Source of the DNA: an uncultured Pseudomonadota bacterium
Lineage (GTDB): Bacteria > Pseudomonadota > Alphaproteobacteria > RF32 > CAG-239
Assembly: GCA_949298065.1 (NCBI GenBank)
Contig: CASFUZ010000005.1
Coordinates: 2,139-66,138 of the forward strand
DNA: 64,000 nucleotides
Direction of reading: 5' to 3'
The notes below the pieces were generated by a model that had not been told where the DNA came from, made no database searches, and saw nothing but the letters and a program-made list of their open reading frames with translations. The position numbers and the translations under genes are program-made. Shown piece after piece: positions 46,491-56,595 of the stretch (the stretch's first letter is position 1; each line of letters opens with the position of its first letter).

Positions 46491-47705
46491 ATGAAAAGAA
46501 GTCTTAACAGACATTTGGCACGCATTTTCAGCGGTTGCCTTTTGATATTGGGTTTAGTTATTTTTTCAACCCAAGCCAAAGCATCTGTTTCATCCATTAC
46601 GATTGATGCCGAAACCGGCGAGGTTTTATCCTCTTCGGGGGCTGATATTTTGCGTTATCCGGCTTCTTTAACCAAGGTTATGACCTTATACATAACCTTT
46701 GATGCTCTGGAGAAAGGCCTTATCAAGCTGGATGACGAATTACCCGTTTCAAGAACGGCCGCCAACCGTTCTCCCTCAAAACTTGGTTTGCGCCCTGGTT
46801 CAACAATTGATGTCAAGACTTGCATTATGGCACTCATTGTCAAGTCAGCCAACGACTGCGCCACAGTTTTAGCTGAAGGTTTAGGCTATAGTGAAGAAAA
46901 TTTTGCCAAGACCATGACCCGGGTCTCCAGAGAACTGGGAATGAAGAACACCACCTTCAAAAATGCCTCTGGCTTACCCAATCGTCAACAAAAGACCACT
47001 GCCAGAGATATGGCCTTGCTCGCCGCCGCTATGTATCACCATTTTCCCCAATATTACAAATGGTTTTCAGAGACCAAATTTACCTATCAGGGCAAAACAA
47101 TTTATACTCACAATTATGTTCTCAAAAAATTTGAAGGAGCTGATGGCTTAAAAACCGGTTTTACCAATGCTGCCGGTTTTAATATCATCACTTCTGCCGA
47201 AAGAGACGGACACCGTGTGATTGCTGTAACCATGGGACATAATACAGCCAAAGAGCGCGATAAAAAAGTTGTTCAGATGATGAGCAAGGGCTTAAGCAAG
47301 CTCGCCTTAAATGATAAGGTAAATTCTGCCAATATGTATGCCAATCTGGAAGAAAAAAAGCTTGAAAACGAAGCGACAACACAAGTTGCCTCAGCACAAC
47401 CGACTCTTCCCAAAGAGCAAAATTGGGATATTCAGGTCGGCGCTTTTTCCAACTATGCCAAAGCCCGCAATTATGCTTTAGAGATTAAGCAAAAATCGCG
47501 CAAACTTGCAAACAAAGAAATTATTATTGAGCCGGTTTCCACAGGCTCGGCCATCATCTACCGCTCAAAAATCGCCGGCTTTGCCAAAAGAGAAGCAGAT
47601 GCCGCTTGCAAAAGTTTGAAAAAAACAAATAAATCATGTATAGTTGTTGCCAAGCAAGATAACGATCAACTCATTTTGGCTCAAAACCAATATCAACAGC
47701 AGTAA
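46491..47705 (+). CDS. D-Ala-D-Ala carboxypeptidase (S11) with C-terminal SPOR domain
   Basis: PASLTKVMT (SxxK), SAND, LKTGFT, IQVGAF. Confidence 0.9.
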   Translation: MKRSLNRHLARIFSGCLLILGLVIFSTQAKASVSSITIDAETGEVLSSSGADILRYPASLTKVMTLYITFDALEKGLIKLDDELPVSRTAANRSPSKLGLRPGSTIDVKTCIMALIVKSANDCATVLAEGLGYSEENFAKTMTRVSRELGMKNTTFKNASGLPNRQQKTTARDMALLAAAMYHHFPQYYKWFSETKFTYQGKTIYTHNYVLKKFEGADGLKTGFTNAAGFNIITSAERDGHRVIAVTMGHNTAKERDKKVVQMMSKGLSKLALNDKVNSANMYANLEEKKLENEATTQVASAQPTLPKEQNWDIQVGAFSNYAKARNYALEIKQKSRKLANKEIIIEPVSTGSAIIYRSKIAGFAKREADAACKSLKKTNKSCIVVAKQDNDQLILAQNQYQQQ

Positions 47706-47711
47706 TTACCT

Positions 47712-48518
47712 ATGAACGACCCTATAGAAAAAAAAGCTCACGTAATTGTTGTCAGCAACGAAAAAGGCGGCACCGGAAAATCTACCATCTCCATGCACTT
47801 AGCCATAAAACTAATGCAAGAAGGTTTTTCTGTTGCAACGGTTGATATGGACGGCCGCCAAGGAACCTTATCAAAATATTTAGAAAACCGTGAAAACTTT
47901 TGCGCCAAACATAAAATCTCTTTGCCGATTCCAGTGCATTATCGTTTCACCCCGCAAGAAGATTATAGCTTAATCGCAGCAGACAGAGGAAACATTCGCA
48001 CTCAAATATCTAAACTTTTAGACAACTACGATGCCGTTATTATTGATACCCCTGGAAACAAAAACTACCTTTTTGAAGAAGCGCATCGTTTTGCCGATAC
48101 TTTAATCACCCCGATTTCAGACAGCCTGATAGATTTAAACGTCTTGGCAGACATTGATTTTGAAAACGAAAAAATCGGCCACCCGGGGCATTATGCAAAT
48201 TACATCTGGGAAGTCAAAAAATATCTGGCTTCTTTGGGCAAACCATACTTAAACTGGATTGTTGTTGGCAACAAGCTTTCATCTTATAATTCCAAAAACA
48301 AACAGGTTGTCTTTCAATATCTGGAAAAGATGTCTAAGCTCTATGGTTTTCGTCTGGCCGAAATCATCAAAGACAGAGTCATCTATCGCGAACTTTTCTT
48401 AGAAGGCCTGACCGTACTTGATATGCAACATCCAGATTTGCGCTTAAAGATGAGCGTATCTCACATTGCCGCCAAAAGAGAGATTCGCGCTCTGGCTGAG
48501 TTTATCTGCCCCGAATAG
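47712..48518 (+). CDS. mipZ: division-plane positioning ATPase
   Basis: VSNEKGGTGKST, ADTLITPISDSLIDL, DRVIYRELFLEGLTVLD, SHIAAKREIR. Confidence 0.9.
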   Translation: MNDPIEKKAHVIVVSNEKGGTGKSTISMHLAIKLMQEGFSVATVDMDGRQGTLSKYLENRENFCAKHKISLPIPVHYRFTPQEDYSLIAADRGNIRTQISKLLDNYDAVIIDTPGNKNYLFEEAHRFADTLITPISDSLIDLNVLADIDFENEKIGHPGHYANYIWEVKKYLASLGKPYLNWIVVGNKLSSYNSKNKQVVFQYLEKMSKLYGFRLAEIIKDRVIYRELFLEGLTVLDMQHPDLRLKMSVSHIAAKREIRALAEFICPE

Positions 48519-48527
48519 GAGAAAAGC

Positions 48528-49052
48528 ATGAAAGAATTAAGCCTTCTAATGTTTGTAGCTGCCTGCGGCTACATTCTGAACTGCTTTTTCAATCGCTTTT
48601 CACCTGAGAAAATCCGCCAACACAATTTTTTTATCCCCTCACAAAGAGAATATAATATTTTATGGGGCTTTGCTTTTTATATGGGATTCGTAGCCTTAAT
48701 GCTGCCTGCACATCACAAAATTTGGCCTTTGAGCGCAATCGTCATAATTTTCGTTTTGTTGTTTTATTACAAACTGTTATACAAGACCTTGCAAAAAGCG
48801 CATAAAGGTTTTCTTTTGCAAGACCTGCAAAAAAGACTGCTCAAACAACAAAAAAACGATTCCTTGCTCAACCGCCCCTATTCAAGAGCCGAGGCTTTGC
48901 GCTTGCTGGGCTTAACCGCAGGCACGGATAATGACAATCCGCTACTAAACAAAAACCTTGAACTTTTGCAAAATTTTGCGGACCAAAACCCCAATCTTCC
49001 CTATCTCTCAGAGCTTTTGACAAAGCTAAAACAAAGTCTCTACTCAAAATAA
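48528..49052 (+). CDS. membrane protein with an eroded J-domain-like C-terminus
   Basis: Three hydrophobic segments, then SRAEALRLLGL; no HPD motif; downstream of mipZ. Confidence 0.5.
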   Translation: MKELSLLMFVAACGYILNCFFNRFSPEKIRQHNFFIPSQREYNILWGFAFYMGFVALMLPAHHKIWPLSAIVIIFVLLFYYKLLYKTLQKAHKGFLLQDLQKRLLKQQKNDSLLNRPYSRAEALRLLGLTAGTDNDNPLLNKNLELLQNFADQNPNLPYLSELLTKLKQSLYSK

Positions 49053-49140
49053 CGGCTGATAACTTTGTGCGGGACTTGAGTTTAATGCGTATAGTGCTAA
49101 ACTCTTGGCATCAAAATTAAACCCACAACAAGGAGAGAGA

Positions 49141-50760
49141 ATGATAAAAACAATTTCTACCACCCCTTATACAGACCAAAAAATGGGTACGGGCGGACTG
49201 CGCAAAAAAACCAAAGTTATGATGCAGCCCAACTACTTTGAAAACTTTATTCAAACCATTTTCAACACCATCGGCGGTGTTAAAGGCAAGACCTATGTCG
49301 TAGGCGGCGACGGCCGTTACTTTAACGACATTGCCATACAAAAATTCATTAAAATGGCGGCAGCCAACGGCGTTGCCAAACTCATCATCGGTCAAAACGG
49401 CTATATGTCTACACCGGCAGGCTCCAATGTTTTGCTCAAAAACAAAACCAACGGCGCTTTTATCTTTTCGGCTTCGCATAACCCCGGCGGAATAGACAAT
49501 GACTTCGGTGTCAAATATTCGGACGAAACCGGCGGTCAAGTTCCCACTTCCATTACCGATGCGATTTATAAAAATTCTCAAAGCATCAGCGAATATCAGA
49601 TTCTTGATGTTCCGGATGTTGACATCAGCAAAATCGGCACTCAACAATTGGAAGGAATGACCATTGAAGTCATTGACCCGATTAAAGATTATGTTGAAAT
49701 GTTGGAAGGCATTTTTGACTTTGAGGCCTTGAAAAAACTTTTCAAATCCGGCTTCACCATGAAGTTTGATGCCATGAACGCCGTTACCGGACCTTATGGC
49801 AAGCGCATTTTTGAAGAGATTTTAGGCGCTGCTCCGGGCTCTGTTATCAATGCCACACCGAAACCTGATTTCGGCGGCTTGCATCCGGACCCGAATATGG
49901 TTTATGCCAAAGAGCTCATCGGCATTATGTATGGCGACAACGCACCGGACTTTGGCTGTGCCAATGATGGTGATGGCGACCGCAATATGATTTTGGGTAA
50001 AAAGTTTTTTGTATCCCCGTCAGACAGCTTGTCTATTCTAACGGACAATTACAAGCTGATTCCGGCTTACAAAAACGGCATTTACGGTGTTGCTAAATCT
50101 GCGGCAACCTCAACGGCCGTTTGCCGTACGGCAAAAGCTTTGGGGATGGACTGCTACGAAGTCCCGACCGGCTGGAAATATTTTGTAAACCTGATGGATT
50201 CCAAGCGCATTACCTTCTGCGGCGAAGAGAGCTTTGGCACAGGCTCCAGCCACATTCGTGAAAAAGACGGCATTTGGGCAATTCTGTTCTGGTTGAGCAT
50301 TATTGCCGCAACCGGAAAATCCGTTGAAGAAATCACCAAAGAACATTGGAAAAAATATGGCCGCAGCTATTACATCCGCTTTGACTTTGAAGGGATTGAC
50401 AAGGCTGTTGCCGACAAGCTTATGGCTGATTTGGAAACCAAGTTGCCTTCTCTTAACGGCAAAAAGTTTGGCGAATATGAAGTCAGCGAAGCTGCTCCGT
50501 TCATTTATAATGACCCGGTAGACGGCTCTTCCACCAAGAATGGTCTGGTTGTAAAATTTGCTGACGGCTCTCGTATCGTATATCGTTTGTCCGGAACCGG
50601 CACAAGCGGCGCAACCTTGCGTGTTTATATGGAAAAATTTGAGCAAAATCACTTGGATGAAGAACCTCTGAATATGCTCAAAGACATCGCCAAGATTGCC
50701 GCCGAGATTGCGGAAATCAGACCTCGTACAGGAAAACAACAACCCGATGTCATTACTTAG
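49141..50760 (+). CDS. pgm: phosphoglucomutase
   Basis: DQKMGTGGLRKK, SASHNPGG, DGDGDRN, CGEESFGTGS, RLSGTG. Confidence 0.95.
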   Translation: MIKTISTTPYTDQKMGTGGLRKKTKVMMQPNYFENFIQTIFNTIGGVKGKTYVVGGDGRYFNDIAIQKFIKMAAANGVAKLIIGQNGYMSTPAGSNVLLKNKTNGAFIFSASHNPGGIDNDFGVKYSDETGGQVPTSITDAIYKNSQSISEYQILDVPDVDISKIGTQQLEGMTIEVIDPIKDYVEMLEGIFDFEALKKLFKSGFTMKFDAMNAVTGPYGKRIFEEILGAAPGSVINATPKPDFGGLHPDPNMVYAKELIGIMYGDNAPDFGCANDGDGDRNMILGKKFFVSPSDSLSILTDNYKLIPAYKNGIYGVAKSAATSTAVCRTAKALGMDCYEVPTGWKYFVNLMDSKRITFCGEESFGTGSSHIREKDGIWAILFWLSIIAATGKSVEEITKEHWKKYGRSYYIRFDFEGIDKAVADKLMADLETKLPSLNGKKFGEYEVSEAAPFIYNDPVDGSSTKNGLVVKFADGSRIVYRLSGTGTSGATLRVYMEKFEQNHLDEEPLNMLKDIAKIAAEIAEIRPRTGKQQPDVIT

Positions 50761-51853
50761 GAAGCTCACATTAACCATCTTTTTCAACGCACTTGCCTTT
50801 TCGGCAAGTGCGGCTGATGGTTTATACGGTTTTACATCCGCCAATCCCTATACTTATGAGGAGCAAATTTTAGACATCAAAGTTGCGCCAAAGACGATTG
50901 TGAACTATCGCGAAGCCATGCGCAAAAACATCATCGCCTTGGCAGAGTTCGCCAAAGCCGAGAATAAAGACTTTGAGCTCATCGCCCACGAAGGCGAGGA
51001 ACTATTGCACAAAAGCTTGTGGGAATATCACTTAGATGGCTATAATGAAGCCCGCAAAAAAGGCTTAAACGCCGATGACCCGGTGTTTTTGGCACACTTA
51101 AAACGCACGACCCCGGAAAAAGACTATTCCCCCTCATCTGAGGCTTACGGCAAAAGCATAAGCGGCCTAGCTGTCAACAACCGCTTTTGCGGCAAACATG
51201 AGCTTAATGAACATATCAAAAAGCACAATTTAAAACTCATATCCATAGATTATTGCAAAACCGAAGCTGCTTTTGATGAAGCAGCTATGAACGCAACCGG
51301 CCTTAACTATTTGCTTTATGCCTTTCTCAAGCCTGAAACAGCCTTTAAGAAAATCAGAAAACAACCGATTATTAACGAAAATGCTCAAAACATTTTCAAA
51401 ATTGCCGAGGCTCAAAATATATCACTCTTTATAGATGACAGCTTATATAAAGACAAAGAAAGATTTTTGCAAGATATTAGGGAATCAAACTATGACATTG
51501 TCGTCATAGATCCGTTCTTCCATCATACATCAGCTTACAGCAAAGAAGATGTAGAAAGCCTAAAATTCAAGAAAAACGGCGCAAAGAGATTGATTTTTGC
51601 TAAAATAAACGTCAGTGAAGCCGACCCTGATGACTATTATTGGCAAGATGAATGGGAGATAGAAAAGACACCTTGGTTGGCCAGAGCTTCTTTCACTGAT
51701 GAAAATGCGGTTATCACCCAATATTGGGATGAAAACTGGAGACAAATCAGCGGTCGCTATTTCAAAGGCATCGTTGACAGTGGCTATGACGGCGCTTTTC
51801 TGACCGGCATTGAAAATCATACCTATTTTGAAAAACAAACCCCGCTGGAGTAA
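50747..51853 (+). CDS. exported GH114/TM1410-like TIM-barrel protein
   Basis: Signal peptide; NYDIVVID, LKFKKNGAKRLIFA, EADPDDYYW, YWDENW, SGYDGAFL. Confidence 0.65.
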   Translation: MSLLRKLTLTIFFNALAFSASAADGLYGFTSANPYTYEEQILDIKVAPKTIVNYREAMRKNIIALAEFAKAENKDFELIAHEGEELLHKSLWEYHLDGYNEARKKGLNADDPVFLAHLKRTTPEKDYSPSSEAYGKSISGLAVNNRFCGKHELNEHIKKHNLKLISIDYCKTEAAFDEAAMNATGLNYLLYAFLKPETAFKKIRKQPIINENAQNIFKIAEAQNISLFIDDSLYKDKERFLQDIRESNYDIVVIDPFFHHTSAYSKEDVESLKFKKNGAKRLIFAKINVSEADPDDYYWQDEWEIEKTPWLARASFTDENAVITQYWDENWRQISGRYFKGIVDSGYDGAFLTGIENHTYFEKQTPLE

Positions 51854-51856
51854 CAG

Positions 51857-52123
51857 ATGAACGAAGTAGAAGTTTTAGACATATCCCGCGAAGCCATTTT
51901 TACCCTGATTAAAGTAGTCTCTCCGGCACTACTTGTTGCCTTGTTCATTGGTTTAATCATCGGTATTTTCCAAGCCTTAACCCAAATTCAGGAAATGACC
52001 TTAGCCTTTGTTCCGAAAATCTTAGGTGTCTTTTTCACTCTGATTTTGCTCTTTCCTTTTATGCTCAACCAAATGCGTATGTTATCAGAAACTCTGTTTG
52101 ACAAGATTGTAACCGGCGGATGA
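51857..52123 (+). CDS. fliQ: flagellar export protein FliQ
   Basis: FQALTQIQEMTLAFVPK. Confidence 0.95.
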   Translation: MNEVEVLDISREAIFTLIKVVSPALLVALFIGLIIGIFQALTQIQEMTLAFVPKILGVFFTLILLFPFMLNQMRMLSETLFDKIVTGG

Positions 52124-52129
52124 TAACCA

Positions 52130-52891
52130 ATGACGCAACTGCTTAATTTGGAAATATATCAGTTTATCTTTGTCTTTTTAAGAATAGGCTCGGCCATGGT
52201 AGTAATGCCGGGCTTTGCGGTCTCTTACGTAACGGAAAGACAAAGGCTTTCCATCGCCTTAGCCGTAACGGTTGTTTTGGTGCCTTTTTTAAGCAGCTAT
52301 CTTCCACCCGCCCCGACAGATTTCTTAGAATTTTTGCGCATTGCTTTGTTTGAGATAATTTATGGCTTATTTATGGGAATATATATGCAAATAATGTATT
52401 CGGCTTTAAGTTTGGTCGGAAACTTTGCCGGACAAGCCATCAGCTTTTCCAATGCGCAAGTTTTTGACCCCACATTCCAAAATCAGAGCATCGTCATTGA
52501 AACTTTTTTAAGCCTTGTTGCCTTAACCGTTATCTTTGTAACAGATTTGCATCACTTAATGTTGTCAGCCGTCATAGACAGTTACAAAATTTTTCCGGTA
52601 GGCTCTGCCTTACCTGTGGCCGATTTTTCAGACTTTTTAAGCCAAACCGTCAACAAGAGCTTCATCATTGGTTTTAAGATAGCCTCGCCTTTTATTGCTT
52701 TTTCCATTGTTTTTTATGTCGGTATGGGTTTGGTCTCAAGACTGATGCCGCAACTAAACATTTTCTTTTTGTCTTTACCGTTACAAATCTATCTTGGTTT
52801 GGGTCTGTTATTTTTAACCACGCCGATAATGATTCTTTGGTTCGCCAAATATTATGAAGACGGCTTAATAAAGTTTACATCAGGGAGCTAA
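52130..52891 (+). CDS. fliR: flagellar export protein FliR
   Basis: RIGSAMVVMPG, TDLHHLML, GLVSRLMPQLNIFF. Confidence 0.93.
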   Translation: MTQLLNLEIYQFIFVFLRIGSAMVVMPGFAVSYVTERQRLSIALAVTVVLVPFLSSYLPPAPTDFLEFLRIALFEIIYGLFMGIYMQIMYSALSLVGNFAGQAISFSNAQVFDPTFQNQSIVIETFLSLVALTVIFVTDLHHLMLSAVIDSYKIFPVGSALPVADFSDFLSQTVNKSFIIGFKIASPFIAFSIVFYVGMGLVSRLMPQLNIFFLSLPLQIYLGLGLLFLTTPIMILWFAKYYEDGLIKFTSGS

Positions 52892-52894
52892 GAG

Positions 52895-53971
52895 ATGATA
52901 GCCGAAGATGAAGACGAAGCCTCAAAGACCGAAGAACCATCGGAACGAAAAATCAGCAAAGCCAAGGAAGAAGGCGACATTGCCCTCTCTCAAGATGCCA
53001 AAAGCTTCATTATGCTTATTGGTATGCTTTTTGTGATATGGTTGGTATTACCTTTGATGTTTAAGTGGTTCTATATATTTTCTCTGCGCTTTATTGAAAC
53101 CCCGGATGCCATCCCAACAGACGCACGCCACTTGCGCTTATTGTTTTATGAAAGTGTTTTGGCGCTTCTCAAGATTTTAGGCATTCCTTTTGCCATCTTT
53201 ATGCTTTTAGGAATTTTTGCCAGCGTTGCGCAAACCGGTTTTGTTTATGCGCCCAAAAAACTGGAACCCAACTGGAATAAACTCAATATTTTTGCCGCCC
53301 TCACCCAATTTATAAATATGAAAAAGATTGTAGAAAGCTTAAAAGGCATCATCAAAATCACGGTCATAGCCTTTATCGGCATTCTGGTTCTAAGACCTTA
53401 TTTAGAAAAAGTAAACCTCATGCCCGAAATGGACGTTATGGGAATTTTATCATTTATTCATAAAGTTGTGGTTGTCTTAATTTTCACGGTGGTTATTGCT
53501 GTTTTTGTCATTGCGGTTGCCGACTATGCTTACCAAAAATACCAACATTTGAAGAAACTGCGTATGACCAAGCAAGAAGTCAAAGACGAATATAAGCAAA
53601 TGGAAGGTGATCCTTTGGTCAAGTCGCGTATCAGACAAGTCCGAATGGAAAGAGCCCGCCACCGTATGATGGATGCCGTCCCGCGTGCCGATGTCGTTAT
53701 CGTCAACCCGACACACTATGCTGTGGCCTTAGAGTATAAAATGGAAACAATGGATGCGCCGGTGGTTGTTGCCAAAGGTTTGGATAATTTGGCTTTGCGC
53801 ATTAGGGAAATTGCGGAAGAGCATGAAATCCCGATTGTGGAAAATCCACCTTTGGCGCGTGCGCTGTTTGCATCCGTAGAGCTTGATCAATCAATTCCGG
53901 CCGAACACTTCAAGGCCGTAGCCGAGGTAATTGGATATGTTATGCAGCTTAAAAATCCGCAGACCAGATAA
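52895..53971 (+). CDS. flhB: flagellar export protein FlhB
   Basis: KTEEPSERK, LRMTKQEVKDEYKQMEGDP, NPTHYAVAL autocleavage motif, ENPPLARAL. Confidence 0.96.
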   Translation: MIAEDEDEASKTEEPSERKISKAKEEGDIALSQDAKSFIMLIGMLFVIWLVLPLMFKWFYIFSLRFIETPDAIPTDARHLRLLFYESVLALLKILGIPFAIFMLLGIFASVAQTGFVYAPKKLEPNWNKLNIFAALTQFINMKKIVESLKGIIKITVIAFIGILVLRPYLEKVNLMPEMDVMGILSFIHKVVVVLIFTVVIAVFVIAVADYAYQKYQHLKKLRMTKQEVKDEYKQMEGDPLVKSRIRQVRMERARHRMMDAVPRADVVIVNPTHYAVALEYKMETMDAPVVVAKGLDNLALRIREIAEEHEIPIVENPPLARALFASVELDQSIPAEHFKAVAEVIGYVMQLKNPQTR

Positions 53972-56582
53972 ACTCCTGCAAAAAAGATTATTGCAGCTGG
54001 CCTATACATTGATAATCTTGAGCATCTCAATAATCTTGTTTATGCTCTATCCCGAATATTATATTTATTCGGTTATCAGTATGTTGGTTTTAAGTGTGCT
54101 TTGCCTGGGCTTAACCATCAAAACGCTTCAGGCCGGAGAAGAAGCCATCAGTTACGGCGGCTTTGCCAACGAGATAATCAAAAATGATTTTAAAGCGCGC
54201 CGCATAGACAACGCGCAAGGCGAACCCGTCATTCAAAATGATGTTGCCAAAGAGCTCCTAAAAAATGAGCCGATTCTGGAATATTTGGAAAAACAACTCA
54301 GCGAGAACCGCAATAATAAAGCCGCCTTTTATCGGTTGCAAACAGCTTGCCGTAATCTCTCTTCCGAAAGAGTAACCTTAGGGCTGAATCTTCACCATGA
54401 AGAAGACAAAGTCTTTGCGGAAGAAGAATGGTTTGACATTTCGGTTCGTCCGATATTTTTGAAAAAGACAGATATTTTTGAAGGCGCATTTTCCATCAAA
54501 GCCATCAAAAAAGACACTTATTTATATTGGAGTTTTCAAGACATTACGGCAAGCAAAAACATGGAGCGTGTTTTTCAGGAAGAACGCCAAAACCTGCACG
54601 ACTTTTTGGACTATATTCCGGTCGGATTATATACCTGTGCCAAAAATTTTGAAATAGAATACGCTAACCACGCCTTTGCCAAATTGGTCGGACTTCCACG
54701 AGAAGACATCATCGGCACGAATTTTCGCAAATATTTGGGCGAGAATCAAGAAACCCCGCAAAATACAAGCTGGTCAGGCCGACAATATTTTGTAAACAGC
54801 GCCAAAGAAGCAACCGAATGTTTTGTCATTCAGGAAAGTTTTCGCAGCAACAAGGAATATAAGCTCAGAGGTGCGGCGGTTGCAGGCATTCCGTCAGATA
54901 GAGATACCAAAAAAGAACTAAGCTCTTGTCTGGATAAAATAAGCTGGCTGTTTAATGCCGCCCCGGTTGGCATCATCTTCATCAACCGCGAAGGCAAGAT
55001 TACGGATTGCAATGTCAAAGTCAAAAACTTTTTGAAAACAGAAAAAGAAAAAATTTTATACCAAAGCATTTTTGACTATATCAAAGAAGAAGACAGAGCC
55101 GAACTGGAAAAAAAATTTGCCGCAATTTATGCCTCGGTTACAACTTCTGAATCCTTAGATGTTCACATAAACTTTGGTCAGGAAGAACACATTATTCAGC
55201 TTTATATCAGCCCGATGCGCAAATTTTACTCTTTTGACATCAGCGATATAGACGGCATCGTGCTTTATATGATAGATGCCACCCAGCAAAAAACACTGGA
55301 GCTCCAATTTGCTCAAGCCCAAAAGATGCAAGCTTTAGGACAACTTGCCGGTGGCGTATCTCATGACTTCAACAACCTATTAACCGCCATGATAGGTTTC
55401 TGCGATTTGTTGTTGCAAAGACACGGTGTCGGCGACCCCTCTTTCTCCGATTTAATGCAAATCAAACACAATGCCAGCCGCGCGGCGGGTTTGGTAAGGC
55501 AACTATTAGCCTTTTCACGCAAACAACCGCTCAAACCCAAACTGATAGACGTTACCGAGAACTTTGTTGAATTAAGCCATATGCTGAAACGAATTTTGGG
55601 CGAACAAATCATTTTGGAATTTTACCACGGAACGGATTTAGGCTACATAAGAGTTGACCCCGTACAATTCTCACAAGTTATCATCAACTTGGCCGTCAAC
55701 GCCAAAGATGCAATGAACGGACATGGTCGTTTAAGTATTTCCACCCGCGTAGAAGACTTAACCGAACCCTACCAGTTTGGTGCCGACACGATTAAACCCG
55801 GAGAGTTTGTCGTTATTGATGTTAAAGACACGGGCTGCGGTATTCCGCCGGAAAATTTGACGCGCATTTTTGAACCTTTCTTCTCCACCAAACAAAATGT
55901 TGTCGGCTCGGGAACGGGACTGGGTTTGGCCACTGTTTACGGTATTGTACGCCAAACCGAAGGTTTCATTAAAGTAGACAGCAAAGTCGGTGCCGGAACA
56001 ACTTTTTCCATTCACTTACCGCGCTTTGATTCTCTGGCTGAAGAAGATGAAAACAAAAAACCCGTCCAACAAGATAATATCAAAGCCAAAGACGGCTCTC
56101 CGGTCATTACGGTTCAAGAGCAAATCACCTCTCCTATTGCTCTAAACCAAAAACTCATTTTCGGCTTAAATATTTCAGCCATAGACCGAAGCATCAAAGA
56201 AAACCCCAATGCGACATCAACCCGCATTTTGTTCGTGGAAGATGAAGATTCGGTTCGCTCCTTTGGAGTCAGAGCTTTAAAGAAAAAAGGCTTTGACGTT
56301 GTTGCTTGCAATTCGGCCGAAAATGCGTTAGAACAGTTAGCGCAAGACAAAAACTTTGGCCTTTTGATAACCGATATGGTTATGCCGGGAATGAACGGTG
56401 CGGAACTTGCCGGCAAAGTACGAGAACAAATAGCCAATATAAAAATCATATTGGCCTCAGGTTACTCAGAGGAGATTGCCAGAAGAGAGCTTGCCGGCTC
56501 ACAAGATTTTGACTTCTTGGCCAAACCCTTCAGCCTGGGAGATTTAACCAAAAAAGTTTTTGATGTCTTGAGTAAAAACTGA
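53931..56582 (+). CDS. cckA: hybrid PAS histidine kinase CckA (exact start uncertain, 53931 or 53937)
   Basis: 2 TMs, PAS domains, QAQKMQALGQLAGGVSHDFNNLLTA, GTGLGLATVYGIVRQ, receiver domain VEDE...TDMVMPG; follows flhB. Confidence 0.88.
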   Translation: MDMLCSLKIRRPDKLLQKRLLQLAYTLIILSISIILFMLYPEYYIYSVISMLVLSVLCLGLTIKTLQAGEEAISYGGFANEIIKNDFKARRIDNAQGEPVIQNDVAKELLKNEPILEYLEKQLSENRNNKAAFYRLQTACRNLSSERVTLGLNLHHEEDKVFAEEEWFDISVRPIFLKKTDIFEGAFSIKAIKKDTYLYWSFQDITASKNMERVFQEERQNLHDFLDYIPVGLYTCAKNFEIEYANHAFAKLVGLPREDIIGTNFRKYLGENQETPQNTSWSGRQYFVNSAKEATECFVIQESFRSNKEYKLRGAAVAGIPSDRDTKKELSSCLDKISWLFNAAPVGIIFINREGKITDCNVKVKNFLKTEKEKILYQSIFDYIKEEDRAELEKKFAAIYASVTTSESLDVHINFGQEEHIIQLYISPMRKFYSFDISDIDGIVLYMIDATQQKTLELQFAQAQKMQALGQLAGGVSHDFNNLLTAMIGFCDLLLQRHGVGDPSFSDLMQIKHNASRAAGLVRQLLAFSRKQPLKPKLIDVTENFVELSHMLKRILGEQIILEFYHGTDLGYIRVDPVQFSQVIINLAVNAKDAMNGHGRLSISTRVEDLTEPYQFGADTIKPGEFVVIDVKDTGCGIPPENLTRIFEPFFSTKQNVVGSGTGLGLATVYGIVRQTEGFIKVDSKVGAGTTFSIHLPRFDSLAEEDENKKPVQQDNIKAKDGSPVITVQEQITSPIALNQKLIFGLNISAIDRSIKENPNATSTRILFVEDEDSVRSFGVRALKKKGFDVVACNSAENALEQLAQDKNFGLLITDMVMPGMNGAELAGKVREQIANIKIILASGYSEEIARRELAGSQDFDFLAKPFSLGDLTKKVFDVLSKN

Positions 56583-56595
56583 TATATGGATATGG

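Noticed and set aside
45455-46507. Short ORFs at 45455, 45781, 46105, 46116 and 46181
   Set aside because: They are translations of the repeat and tRNA-His, with repeated peptides and no RBS.
51857-53971. Non-flagellar type III secretion system
   Set aside because: The fliQ-fliR-flhB-cckA order and the presence of a stator pair fit the ordinary alphaproteobacterial flagellar set.
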